From assembly GCA_020725145.1 (NCBI GenBank), contig DYFO01000001.1, positions 46,855 to 110,854 on the forward strand: DNA of 64,000 nt, read 5' to 3'. Origin of the DNA: Symbiobacterium thermophilum. Its GTDB lineage: Bacteria; Bacillota; Sulfobacillia; UBA995. The position numbers and the translations under genes were made by a program. Positions 38,302-47,842 of this stretch are shown one piece after another (the stretch's first letter is position 1; the number at the start of each line of letters is the position of its first letter). The notes below the pieces were generated by a model. The model was not told the origin of the DNA and ran no database searches. It saw only the letters and a program-made list of their open reading frames with translations.

Positions 38302-39831
38302 GTGAACCTCGTGGAGCTGGCGGAGGACAACATCCGCCGCTATGGCGAGCACGTGCGGCTGGTCTACAAGGACCGTGACTACACCAACGTGGAGCTGAAC
38401 GCCGACTCCGGGCGGCTGGCGCATGCGCTTGCCGGGTTCGGGGTGATGCCCGGCGACCGCGTGGCCTGCATCACCCTGAACAGCCCCGAGACCTGCATCG
38501 CCTATAACGCGGTCTGGCGAATGGGCGCCGTGCTGGTGCCCATTCTCTTTCTGCTCAACCCGGCGGAGGTGAGCTTCATCCTCCGCGACGCCGAGGCGAA
38601 GGTGGTGCTGGTCGACAGCCTGCTTTATCCCAACTTCGGACCGTGCATCGCTCGGGCGCCCTCGGTCGCCGGCGTGATCCTGGTGGGCACGGACACCGCA
38701 CCGGAAGGAACGGTTGCCTTCCCGGATGCTCTGGCCGGGCGGCCGGACACCTTCCCGGCGTCGGCGGTGGCCGACCACGACCCGGCCGTGCTGCTTTACA
38801 CGTCGGGCACCACCGGCCGGCCCAAGGGGGTGATGCTCTCGCACGCCAACCTGTACGGCAACGCCGTGGCTGCCTCGGAAACGCAGCGGTACACGCGCGA
38901 AGACGTGGCGCTGTTCGTGCTGCCGCTGGCCCACTCCTACGGGCTGACGCTGATGAACGTGGGACAGCTGTACGGAATGAAGGGAGTGCTGCTGCCCTGG
39001 TTCGAAGCCGGCGAGGCCCTGCGCCTGATCGAGAAGCACCGTGTGACCAACCTCGCGGGCGTGCCTACCATGTTCCACATGCTGCTCAATCACCCCGACG
39101 CCGACGTCCGCGACACCTCTTCCCTCAAGCGCTGCACCTCGGGTGCCGCTCCCCTCCCGGTGGAGCTGCTCGAGAGCTTTCAGCGCAAGTTCGACTGCGT
39201 GATCCTGGAAGGCTATGGGCTCAGCGAAGCCTCGCCGGTGGTCACCGCCCACCGTGAGGGCTATCCCCAGAAGCCCGGCTCGGTGGGGCTCCCCCTGCCC
39301 GGGGTGGAGGTCCGCATCGTGGACGACACCGGTGACGCCCTGCCGGTGGGTGAGGTGGGTGAACTGCTGGTACGCGGCCCGAACGTGATGTTGGGCTACT
39401 ACCGCATGCCCCAGGAGACGGCGGAGGCGTTGCGGGGAGGCTGGCTGCACACCGGGGATATGGCCCGCATGGACGAGGACGGTTACCTGTACATCGTCGA
39501 GCGCAAAAAGGACCTCATCATCCGCGGGGGCTTCAACGTCTATCCCCGCGACGTGGAAGAAGTGCTCCTGACCCATCCGGCGGTGGCCGAGGCCGCCGTC
39601 ATCGGCATCCCCGACCCCGTGATGGGGGAGGAGATCAAGGCCTACGTGGTGCTCACCTACGGCGAGCGCGCCGGTGAGGAGGACATCCTGGCGCACTGCC
39701 AAAGGAGCCTGGCCCGCTACAAGTGTCCGCGTGAGATCGAGTTCGTTCCCGCCCTGCCCAAGAACGCCATAGGCAAGGTGCTGCGCAAGGAACTACGGCG
39801 CATGCACGCGGAGAAGGCCCGGACAGCCTGA
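38302..39831 (+). CDS. AMP-forming acyl-CoA synthetase/ligase
   Basis: GTG 38302 follows a GGGGAGGTGG RBS. The AMP-binding motif is YTSGTTGRPKGVMLSH. Confidence 0.8.
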   Translation: MNLVELAEDNIRRYGEHVRLVYKDRDYTNVELNADSGRLAHALAGFGVMPGDRVACITLNSPETCIAYNAVWRMGAVLVPILFLLNPAEVSFILRDAEAKVVLVDSLLYPNFGPCIARAPSVAGVILVGTDTAPEGTVAFPDALAGRPDTFPASAVADHDPAVLLYTSGTTGRPKGVMLSHANLYGNAVAASETQRYTREDVALFVLPLAHSYGLTLMNVGQLYGMKGVLLPWFEAGEALRLIEKHRVTNLAGVPTMFHMLLNHPDADVRDTSSLKRCTSGAAPLPVELLESFQRKFDCVILEGYGLSEASPVVTAHREGYPQKPGSVGLPLPGVEVRIVDDTGDALPVGEVGELLVRGPNVMLGYYRMPQETAEALRGGWLHTGDMARMDEDGYLYIVERKKDLIIRGGFNVYPRDVEEVLLTHPAVAEAAVIGIPDPVMGEEIKAYVVLTYGERAGEEDILAHCQRSLARYKCPREIEFVPALPKNAIGKVLRKELRRMHAEKARTA

Positions 39832-39845
39832 GTCCGGGCCTTCTC
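39811..39845. terminator. Bidirectional rho-independent-type hairpin between convergent genes
   Basis: GAGAAGGCCCGGAC-agcctga-GTCCGGGCCTTCTC is a perfect 14-bp stem. The ligase TGA stop sits in its loop. The convergent MBL gene stops at 39856. Confidence 0.6.
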
Positions 39846-39855
39846 CGCAGATCCA

Positions 39856-40539
39856 CTAGCCCTCGGCGCCGGTAACGGTCAGCACCCAGACCGAGCACCC
39901 CTGGGGAAGTCCGTCCGGTGTCAGTTCCAGCTCGCCTTGCTGGAAGTGACGCACCTCGGGTTTGCCGGCGAGGAACTCGTCCACCGTCGCGATGGGCCAG
40001 TCGGCTATCGCCGGTGTGCGGTAGTGCATGGGCACCACCACCCGTGGGTTGAACAGCCCTGCCACCTGGTCGGCGTCGGCGGCGTCGGCGGTGTACACCC
40101 CGCCCACGGGGAGGAAGAGGACGTCCGGCCGTCCGACGTTGCCGGCCACCGTCCGCGAGGGCACGTGACCCAGGTCGCCCAGGTGAAGCAGTTTCATCTC
40201 CCCCGTCTCCACCAGCCACAAAGCGTTGCGTCCGCGCCGCGCCCCTTCGTCGGCGTCGTGGTAGGTCCCCGGAACCGAGGTCAACCTCACGTCCCCTACT
40301 TCCCGGGAGATCCGCTGCCAGCCGCCGCGGGCGTTCAGTCCCCGGAGCACCAGGGGGTCGCCGCGCACCTCCTTGACGGCGTTGTGGTCGAAATGTTCGT
40401 GGCTGACGGTAACCACGTCCGCGGTTACCTGCGGGGTACCGTAGCCCATGCCGCCGCCGAAGGGGTCGGTGACCACCCTTATTCCCCCGGGCGACGTTAT
40501 CAGGAACATGGCGTGGCCCAGCCAGCGCAGCCGGACCAT
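39856..40539 (-). CDS. Metallo-beta-lactamase-fold metal-dependent hydrolase
   Basis: The translation VTVSHEHFDHN matches the HxHxDH motif. It is a 227-aa protein. Its start overlaps the sbcC stop by 1 nt (TGATG). Confidence 0.7.
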   Translation of the reverse strand: MVRLRWLGHAMFLITSPGGIRVVTDPFGGGMGYGTPQVTADVVTVSHEHFDHNAVKEVRGDPLVLRGLNARGGWQRISREVGDVRLTSVPGTYHDADEGARRGRNALWLVETGEMKLLHLGDLGHVPSRTVAGNVGRPDVLFLPVGGVYTADAADADQVAGLFNPRVVVPMHYRTPAIADWPIATVDEFLAGKPEVRHFQQGELELTPDGLPQGCSVWVLTVTGAEG

Positions 40540-43031
40540 CAGGACACCCCCCCCACCCGGTCGATGCGGATCACGCTTGCGTCAGGAAGAAGACGCGTCA
40601 ACTCCTCGTCCTTGGTCACCCAGATCACCTGCCGGGCTCGGGCCAGCTCGGTCATCGCGGCGGCCGCGTTGGCCAGGCGCCCGGCGTCGTAGTGCACGAA
40701 GGCGTCGTCCAGGATCAGCGGAGCGTCGGGCGAACCCGAGAGGTACTCCGCCAGGGCCATCCGAAGGGCCAGGTACAGCTGGTCACGCGTGCCGGTGCTC
40801 AGCGCGGCGTCGGACACCATGGCCTGTGTCTCGGGTGACCGCACCCTGACCCCAAGTTCCCCTTCCTGGACCTCGACGGCGATCTCACGGTAGCGGCCCC
40901 CGGTGAGCCGGGCCAGGAGGCTGCCCGCCCTTTCCTGCAGGGCCGGGGCTACCATGCGCTGGGCCTCCTCGGCCGCCTCCGACAGGGCTTGCTCCGCCAG
41001 TTCCAGTGCCGCGGCCTCCCGCTCCAGCTGGGCGATGAGCTGGGCCTCGGCATCGGCCCGGGCGGCAAGCTCCCAGGGATCGCCTTCCGTCAGCTCGCCT
41101 CGAAGCACGCGGATCCGCTCGTCCAGGCGCTCCAGGGCCGCCGTCGTCTCGGCCAGCCGGCCTTCAAGCTCCTCCCGCCTGGCGGCGTAACCCACGTACT
41201 CATCGGGCTTGAGGTCGACCCGCAGCTCGCCGCGAACGGCATCCCGCTGCGAGCGGAGGGCGGCCACCTCGCCGGCCAGGCGGTCGGTGATCCGCGCGAG
41301 GTCCTCGGGCTGTGCCTGCCCGAGCAGGCCCGCCAGTTCCGCGCTCAGCACCTCCTTGGTCCTGACGAGGTCGCGATGGCGCACGATCAAGGCCCGTGCT
41401 TCCTCGACGTCCTGGACGCCGAGCTCACCGAGCAGCTGGGCCATGAGTTGCTGCCGCCGGCCTACTGCCTCTTCGAGGGCCGCCAGCCCCGACATCTCCA
41501 GCGCCAGCTCGAGCGCCCCCCGCGAGCGCTCGAGCTCCGACAGGCGCGCGGTCAGCTCGAAGACCCGGCGGGCGCGCTCCCGGAGATCCGCCAGCGTTCC
41601 CCCGCCGGCCAGTCGGCCAAGACGCTGCTCCAGCTCGCGGGCCTGACGCTGAAAATGCGCCGCCTCCTGCGCCAGCAGCTCACGGTGACGGAGGTCCCCC
41701 ATCAGGCGCAGGTAACCTCCCAGCAGTATGCCCGCGAGCGAGACGGTGCCCACCGCCCCCCACAAGGCCCACCTCAGCCCGGACAGCCATCCCCAGGTGC
41801 CGAGCACGGCGAGGGCCACCGTCGCCAGGAAGCCGCGGAAGCACCAGTGGGCCAGCGAAGCGCGAGGGGCGAGCAGTTCGGCCTGCGCCTGCCGGTCTTC
41901 CGCCTGGCGCAGGCACTGCTCCTGTTCGCGGGCGAGTTCCTCCGCGCGGTCGAGCACCGAAGGTCCCGAGCCCTCGGGGTCCACCCGACCGAGCTCTTCG
42001 CGCACCATTTCGAGCTGGGCGGTGACCGCATTCAGCCTTTCTTCGCGTTCGGCGACGCCCGCGCGCGCGGCCCCAAGCTGCTGCCTGAGTCCCTCGAGCG
42101 AGCGTTCCAGACCCTCCAGCGTCTCCCCGGTCCGCTCCTGCCAGGACGCGTAGCGATCGCCCACCGTCAGGGCGGCCACCTCTTCCGTCACCGCGGCAAG
42201 CTCCCGCTGCAAACGCCGGCACTTCTCCAGGCGCCCTGCCTCGCGGTCCAGCTCCTCCTGGCGTTCGGCCAGCGCGCGCTGGGCCTCCTGCAGCCGCTCG
42301 TAGCCGGTGACCAGCGGAAGCAGCCGATCGAGTTCGGCCCGCAAGGCGTCGCGGTCGACGGCGAGCTGGTGGCTTTGGGCCAGGGCATCGTGGTAGCGAC
42401 CGGCAGTCTGGCGGTCGCGTTCAAGGGATTCGTGGCAGCGGCGCAGCCGGTCCCTCGCCTGAACCAGCAGGCCCGGCTGGCGTTCTCCGCCCCGCACCAG
42501 TTCCTGACGCCGGCGCTCGAGTCGCCGCAGCGCCTCACGCGCGGTCACCGCGGCTTCGCCGGCGGTGACTTTCTCCACCAGCGCCTGGCCAAGCGTTTTG
42601 CGATCGAGGGCCGCCACCTCTTGCTGGCGGACCAAAAAGGCAGAGGTGAACAGCGGGGCCGACGGCGCGCCGAGGGCGGCGAGGGCCTGCTCGAGCACCG
42701 TTTCGTCCACGGGAAGCAGGCCGGAAGCGGTCTTTTGCCATACCTGCGCCCGGCCTTCCCGGAGATCGCGGTGTACGAGCATCTCCTCACCCTCGCGGGT
42801 GGTGAAGGTCACGGTCACCGCATAAGGGGCGCCCGCCTGCCAGGGGGAGCGGAGTTCCCGCAGGTGCTGGAAGAAGGAGGTGCGGCCCTTCAGTCCGTAA
42901 AGCCCCGCCAGGATCGCGTCGACCAGCGTTGACTTGCCCGCTTCGTTGGGGCCGAACACCAGGTTGAGGCCCGGACCGAAGACCACCGAGGCCCCCACCA
43001 GCTTGCCGAAGCCGTGGCATTCCAGACGCAC
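40539..43031 (-). CDS. sbcC: SbcC/Rad50-like DNA repair ATPase
   Basis: The N-terminal Walker A is GPNEAGKST. A very long coiled-coil (E/R/L/A-rich) middle section follows. The C-terminal signature/D-loop is LILDDAF. Proposed start is GTG 43031 (MRLECHGFGKL...). The ORF-track ATG at 43253 would overlap sbcD by ~200 nt. Confidence 0.7.
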   Translation of the reverse strand: MRLECHGFGKLVGASVVFGPGLNLVFGPNEAGKSTLVDAILAGLYGLKGRTSFFQHLRELRSPWQAGAPYAVTVTFTTREGEEMLVHRDLREGRAQVWQKTASGLLPVDETVLEQALAALGAPSAPLFTSAFLVRQQEVAALDRKTLGQALVEKVTAGEAAVTAREALRRLERRRQELVRGGERQPGLLVQARDRLRRCHESLERDRQTAGRYHDALAQSHQLAVDRDALRAELDRLLPLVTGYERLQEAQRALAERQEELDREAGRLEKCRRLQRELAAVTEEVAALTVGDRYASWQERTGETLEGLERSLEGLRQQLGAARAGVAEREERLNAVTAQLEMVREELGRVDPEGSGPSVLDRAEELAREQEQCLRQAEDRQAQAELLAPRASLAHWCFRGFLATVALAVLGTWGWLSGLRWALWGAVGTVSLAGILLGGYLRLMGDLRHRELLAQEAAHFQRQARELEQRLGRLAGGGTLADLRERARRVFELTARLSELERSRGALELALEMSGLAALEEAVGRRQQLMAQLLGELGVQDVEEARALIVRHRDLVRTKEVLSAELAGLLGQAQPEDLARITDRLAGEVAALRSQRDAVRGELRVDLKPDEYVGYAARREELEGRLAETTAALERLDERIRVLRGELTEGDPWELAARADAEAQLIAQLEREAAALELAEQALSEAAEEAQRMVAPALQERAGSLLARLTGGRYREIAVEVQEGELGVRVRSPETQAMVSDAALSTGTRDQLYLALRMALAEYLSGSPDAPLILDDAFVHYDAGRLANAAAAMTELARARQVIWVTKDEELTRLLPDASVIRIDRVGGVS

Positions 43032-43041
43032 AAGTCTCAGG

Positions 43042-44157
43042 CTAACGGAAGTTCTCCCCCTCCAGCGCGGCCAGGCCGAATCTCCTGGCCAGTTCCACGA
43101 GCTCCGGTGGCGCCGACCGGGCTTGCAGCCGGGCCAGGAACAGCGAAGCGATGGTCGAGCGCGGCCGGTCGGCACCTGCCAGACGGGTGCGGTCGTCCAC
43201 CCGAACGTGGAAGAAGCGGTCACGGCAGGCGGCCTCGACGCGTCCGGGGACAACCGCCCGGTCCTCGGGCACGGTTCCCTCGAGGATCACGCGGAGCAAA
43301 GCCCGCCCATCGCCGAGGCGTTCGAGCTCGGCGAAAAGCTCCTCCAGCGGTCCTTCCGCGGGGTTGAACTCCACTACCAGGAAGGGTCGGTCGGGCAGCG
43401 CAAGCGGCTCAACCCGCACCGTCCGGGTGGCCGGCTCCAGGCGCACGAGCAGGGCCCGGCGCTCGGCGAGGTCGGTCCAGTCCAAACGTACGGGGCTGCC
43501 GGGATAGAAGGTGGGCGGTCCCTTGGGCGGCGAGCAATCGCGGAAGCTATGGTGGTGCCCCAGGGCCACGTAGTCGGCGTCGGTATCGGCCAGATCCTCG
43601 GGGAGCACCGGGGCGTACTCGCCTTCGGGCACGGTGAAGCCGGAGTAAGCGCCGTGGTGGGCGACGATACGGAAACCCTCATCCGGCGAACGCGAAAAAC
43701 GCCCGGCAAAGCCCCGGAGCGCGCGGCGCCGCCGGGCGGCGTCCACAAAGGGCATCGCCCAGATGGTCAGTCCCTCGACCGGCCGGCAAGAGGTGAAGTC
43801 CTCGCCTCGGAAGACGTGCACGCCCGGCGGCAAAAGCTCCTCGGCGTACGGGCTGCGCCGGTCATCGAGGCGATCGTGGTTGCCGGGCACGAGGACGACC
43901 CGCGTGCCCGAGGCCTCCAGGGAGCGGAAAAGCGCGGCCACGCGGGCCACGGTCTCCCGTGAAAGAAACTCCGGCTCAAAGAGGTCGCCAACCACCAGCA
44001 GCACATCCGCCCGGTGCTGCTCGGCCAGCTCTGTAACGCGGCGCAGGCCCTGGAAGACTTCCTCGCGGCGCTGGACGCGCCGCTCGTACGGAAGCCCGGC
44101 GAAAAGGCAATCAAGGTGCACGTCGGCGGTGTGCAGTACTCGTATCTCGTGCGTCAA
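43042..44157 (-). CDS. sbcD: SbcD/Mre11-like nuclease
   Basis: TTG 44157 follows GGGGGAAGGG. The phosphoesterase motifs are LHTADVHLD, VVGDLFE and GNHD. Confidence 0.75.
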   Translation of the reverse strand: MTHEIRVLHTADVHLDCLFAGLPYERRVQRREEVFQGLRRVTELAEQHRADVLLVVGDLFEPEFLSRETVARVAALFRSLEASGTRVVLVPGNHDRLDDRRSPYAEELLPPGVHVFRGEDFTSCRPVEGLTIWAMPFVDAARRRRALRGFAGRFSRSPDEGFRIVAHHGAYSGFTVPEGEYAPVLPEDLADTDADYVALGHHHSFRDCSPPKGPPTFYPGSPVRLDWTDLAERRALLVRLEPATRTVRVEPLALPDRPFLVVEFNPAEGPLEELFAELERLGDGRALLRVILEGTVPEDRAVVPGRVEAACRDRFFHVRVDDRTRLAGADRPRSTIASLFLARLQARSAPPELVELARRFGLAALEGENFR

Positions 44158-44268
44158 CGTCCCTTCCCCCGGGGGGAATATGCTGGAAAAGATCACTTCT
44201 TCACCGCGAACGCGGTTCCCTGCCGGCATCGTGACGAGTTGGCCAGGGCAATCTAGGCGGGCAGACGT

Positions 44269-45951
44269 GTGCTCATGCTTCCCGGCAAGGAGGCGATCGC
44301 GTCGGCCAGGATCACCCTGGTGGAGCCCAGGGCACCCCACTATCACGTGTTCAGCTCGGTGCGACTGCCCCGGCTGGGCCTGGTGACGCTGGCCACCGAA
44401 CTCGCACGCCGTGGTCACCAAGCCCGGGTCTGGTGCCAGGCCTTCGGCGAGGTCCCCGCCTTCGAGCTTCTTCGCTCCGATCTGGTAGGGCTGAGCGTCA
44501 CCACCTCCACCGCGCCCGAGGCCTACCGTCTGGCGCGCCTGCTGCGACACCAGGGGGTCACCGTGGTGCTCGGCGGCCCCCACGTAACCTTCCTGCCCGA
44601 GGAGGGTCTCGAGGTCGCCGACTACGTGCTGCGGGGAGAGGCGGAGGCCACTCTCTCGGCCTTGGTCGACTGCCTGACGCGGGGAGAGGACTGGCGCTGG
44701 GTGCCCGGGCTGTCCTATCGCGAAGGGGGAAGCTGCGTGCACAATCCCCTGCCTCCGCCGGTGGAACCCGACGCGCTTGCCCGGCCCGACCTCGGGGTGC
44801 TGCAAAACGCCGGACGCCTCAGCCTGCACCCGATGTTGACCTCGCGCGGTTGTCCCCACGAATGCACCTTTTGCGGGGTAACCGCCATGTTCGGCCGCCG
44901 GTACCGGTTCCGGGCCGCCGAGGCGGTGGTCGCGGAGCTGGCCGCCTGCCGGGGCAGGCGCGTGTTCTTCTACGACGACAACTTCACGGCATCACCGTCC
45001 CGCGCCCGCGAGATCCTGCGTCTGGCCCTGGAACGGCGGGCGGTCCCGCGGGCCTGGATGGCGCAGGTGAGGGTGGAGGCCGCGCGGGACGCCGAGCTTC
45101 TCCGGCTCATGGCGCGCACCAACTGCCGAATGGTACACGTGGGACTGGAGTCGGTCAACCCGGGCACCCTCCGGAGCTTCCGCAAAGGCCAGGGTGTCGA
45201 GGACGTGCGCCACTGCATCCGGGCCTTCCACCGGCACGGCATCGCCGTCCACGGCATGTTCGTGCTGGGCGGCGACGAGGACACCGTCGAGACGGTGGAA
45301 GAGACGGTCGCCTTCGCCCGCGCCGAGAGGCTGGACACCGCCCAGTTCATGGTGCTCACCCCCCTCCCCGGAACGACGCTGTTCGCCGACCTCGAGCGCC
45401 AGGGGAGGCTGCTGACCCGTGACTGGTCGCGCTACGACGGTCATCACGTGGTGCATCTTCCCGCCCGCATGACTCCCCAGGAGCTGCAGGCGGCCACCGT
45501 CCGCGCGTTCGCCCGCTTTTACGGGCTGGGCAACGCCTTCCTCGACTTCCTCACCGGCCGGCCCGGTGCCGCAGGCTACAAGCTGATGGGCCGTTACATA
45601 CTCGGCCGCTGGTTGGCCCATCATCCCGATCTCGAGGCCGCCGTCGGGCCGGCGCCCAGGAGGCGCTTCCGCCTGGAAGGCTTGCTCGACGCCGAGACCT
45701 TGGCACGACTGACGGCCGAGCTCCGCACCGCCTTGCGGGCGGGCCAGCGGCAGCTGGAGATCCAGCTCGCCGACCTCGAGCTACCGTCGGAGCAGACGTT
45801 CGGACGGTTGATCCGCTTCCTGGACGGCCTGGCCGCCCGCCCGGGGGTGAGCGTCCGCCTGCTAGGGTTGGGCGCCCGCCTGGAGAACATGGTGATGGCC
45901 ATGCTGGCCAGGCTACCCCGGTTCGACTGCGTGCGACCGGACGAGGCCTGA
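44269..45951 (+). CDS. B12-binding-domain radical SAM protein
   Basis: The N-terminal cobalamin-binding Rossmann-like domain is followed by CPHECTFCG (CxxxCxxC). Total length is 560 aa. Confidence 0.75.
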   Translation: MLMLPGKEAIASARITLVEPRAPHYHVFSSVRLPRLGLVTLATELARRGHQARVWCQAFGEVPAFELLRSDLVGLSVTTSTAPEAYRLARLLRHQGVTVVLGGPHVTFLPEEGLEVADYVLRGEAEATLSALVDCLTRGEDWRWVPGLSYREGGSCVHNPLPPPVEPDALARPDLGVLQNAGRLSLHPMLTSRGCPHECTFCGVTAMFGRRYRFRAAEAVVAELAACRGRRVFFYDDNFTASPSRAREILRLALERRAVPRAWMAQVRVEAARDAELLRLMARTNCRMVHVGLESVNPGTLRSFRKGQGVEDVRHCIRAFHRHGIAVHGMFVLGGDEDTVETVEETVAFARAERLDTAQFMVLTPLPGTTLFADLERQGRLLTRDWSRYDGHHVVHLPARMTPQELQAATVRAFARFYGLGNAFLDFLTGRPGAAGYKLMGRYILGRWLAHHPDLEAAVGPAPRRRFRLEGLLDAETLARLTAELRTALRAGQRQLEIQLADLELPSEQTFGRLIRFLDGLAARPGVSVRLLGLGARLENMVMAMLARLPRFDCVRPDEA

Positions 45952-45960
45952 CCGAGGAGT

Positions 45961-46760
45961 GGCCGCCGCAAGCCCCCGGCTTCGGCCAAGGGGATAAGGC
46001 GGCCGGCAGGCAGCTTGGGTGGGGTATAATGTTTCCATGCCGCGGTACACGGTGGAGTACAAATCGCACAACAACGTGGTCTATTCCTGCAAGTACCACG
46101 GCATATGGTGTCCCAAGCACCGCCGCCCCGTCTTGGTCCCCGAGGTCGCCGAGCGGCCAAAGCCGATTATACGTGCCGTAGCTGAAGAATACGGCGCGGA
46201 AGTCGCCGAGCTTGAGGTCATGCCGGACCACGTGCACCTTCTGGTGGAAGTCGATCGGCAGTTCGGCGTCCACCAGCTGGTTCGGAAGAGCAAAGGCCGG
46301 TCGTCCCGGCTGCTGCGGGACGAGACGAAGCTCTCCCAGGCCTGTCACGGCTGTGGGACGATCGAGAAAGAGCCTCTGGCCCTGCGCGTCCACGCCTGCG
46401 AGTGCGGGGTCTTCATGCAGCGCGACCTCTACTCGGCGTTTCTGGCGCGGTGCGTGGGGGAAGACAATTTGCTCCACGCGGGCCTGGCGCGAATGCGCTG
46501 GCCGGGTGCGGAACCGCTCTTGCGGGCGGCGTGGAGCGAAGCCACCCAACCTGCGAATGGACGGCTCGGGCCGTCCTCCTTCGGGGTCTTACCCTGGAGT
46601 CGGAGCGGGTCGCCCGCGGAAGAGGGGATAGCCAAGGCCGAGGCCCCGGATGCCCTAGCGGAGGCGCAAGTCTCCGGCGAGAGCCGGGGAGAGGCGGCGG
46701 TGGTTCCCCTCAGCACCCCCCGGCTTTAGCCGTGGGGAGGTTCAGAAAGGGCCGTCTACT
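45961..46760 (+). mobile_element. Decayed IS200/IS605-family element with a chimeric TnpA(N-terminus)-TnpB(C-terminal Zn ribbon) ORF
   Basis: A structured hairpin-rich leader spans 45961-46004. The ORF combines the Y1/HuH transposase N-terminus ([14 protein letters not shown]...[11 protein letters not shown]...KGRSSRLL) with the TnpB C-terminal zinc-finger region ([10 protein letters not shown]...[19 protein letters not shown]). Confidence 0.6.
46037..46729 (+). CDS. Chimeric IS200 TnpA-like / TnpB C-terminal remnant ORF (probably non-functional)
   Basis: ATG 46037 lies just after a TATAAT at 46025-46030. Motifs are as in the mobile_element entry. The TnpA catalytic-Tyr half and the TnpB RuvC body are absent. 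Confidence 0.55.
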   Translation: MPRYTVEYKSHNNVVYSCKYHGIWCPKHRRPVLVPEVAERPKPIIRAVAEEYGAEVAELEVMPDHVHLLVEVDRQFGVHQLVRKSKGRSSRLLRDETKLSQACHGCGTIEKEPLALRVHACECGVFMQRDLYSAFLARCVGEDNLLHAGLARMRWPGAEPLLRAAWSEATQPANGRLGPSSFGVLPWSRSGSPAEEGIAKAEAPDALAEAQVSGESRGEAAVVPLSTPRL

Positions 46761-46817
46761 GAAGGACGGTCGCGCGCCGGCGTAGAAGTCGGGGTTGGCG
46801 AAAGAGGTGAGCGGAAG

Positions 46818-47777
46818 TTGCCTGCCAACCTGACTCCCGAATACCGCGAGGCCGAGCAGCGTTTCCGGGAGGCGCAGACCCCTGAGGAGAAGCTCGCCGC
46901 CCTTGAGGACATGCTGCGAACCATCCCCAAGCACAAGGGTACCGAGAAGATGCAGGCCGACATCAAGCGGCGCATCGCCCGTTTGCGCCAGGAAGGCAAC
47001 CGGCGCCCGGCTTCGGCGCGCCATCGGCCCACCCATCACGTGCGGCGTGAGGGTGCCGGGCAGGTAGCTCTGGTGGGACCGCCCAACGGCGGCAAATCCG
47101 CCCTGCTCGCGGCCTTGACCAACGCGCAGCCGGTGGTGGCCGACTATCCGTTCACCACCCGCGAACCCCAGCCGGGGATGATGCCGTTCGAGAACGTGCA
47201 GATTCAGCTCGTGGACCTGCCCCCGCTGGCGAGGGAGCTTATGCCTCCGTGGCTGCCCGGGGTGGCGCGGGCGGCCGACGCGGTCGTGCTGGTGCTGGAC
47301 CTCAGCGACGATGACGTTCTCAGCCAGGCAGAAGAAAGTCTCGAGCTTCTGCGGGGGATGCGGCTCGACCTTTCGGGAGAGGGCGGCAAGCGGGGGCTGG
47401 TCGCCGGAACTCGCCGCGACCGGCCGGGGGCCCAGGAGCACGCGGAGCTCCTGCGTGAGCTGCTCGGCGAACGCCTGCCGGTGGTGGCGGTGTCGGCCAC
47501 CCGGGGAGACAACCTGGACGAGCTCAAGCGTCGCATCTTCGAATCGCTGGGGATCATACGCGTGTACACCAGGGCGCCCGGCAAGAAACCCGATCTTACG
47601 GCACCCTTCGTGCTGCCACGGGGTTGCACGCTCCTGGAGGCGGCGGCCGCCGTGCACAAGGATTTCGCCCGCGATCTCAAGTACGCCAGGGTCTGGGGAG
47701 CTTCCACCTTCGACGGCCAGATGGTGCAGCGCGATCACGTGCTGCAGGACGGCGACGTGGTGGAGTTTCACGTCTGA
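46818..47777 (+). CDS. Obg/DRG-family GTPase with a C-terminal TGS domain
   Basis: TTG 46818 follows GAAAGAGGTGAG. The G-domain has G1 ([10 protein letters not shown]) and G3 (DLPP). The C-terminal TGS is ...[32 protein letters not shown].... Confidence 0.65.
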   Translation: MPANLTPEYREAEQRFREAQTPEEKLAALEDMLRTIPKHKGTEKMQADIKRRIARLRQEGNRRPASARHRPTHHVRREGAGQVALVGPPNGGKSALLAALTNAQPVVADYPFTTREPQPGMMPFENVQIQLVDLPPLARELMPPWLPGVARAADAVVLVLDLSDDDVLSQAEESLELLRGMRLDLSGEGGKRGLVAGTRRDRPGAQEHAELLRELLGERLPVVAVSATRGDNLDELKRRIFESLGIIRVYTRAPGKKPDLTAPFVLPRGCTLLEAAAAVHKDFARDLKYARVWGASTFDGQMVQRDHVLQDGDVVEFHV

Positions 47778-47842
47778 GCGGCGAGGGATCTTCTGCCGCC
47801 GGCGCCGGTCAGGCAGGAAGACCTCCGACGCAACGAGAAGCC

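Noticed and set aside
43031-43253. ATG at 43253 as the sbcC start (ORF-track start).
   Set aside because: It would overlap sbcD by ~210 nt. The conserved SbcC N-terminus (MRLECHGFGKL, Walker A ~30 aa later) begins at GTG 43031 just after the sbcD stop.
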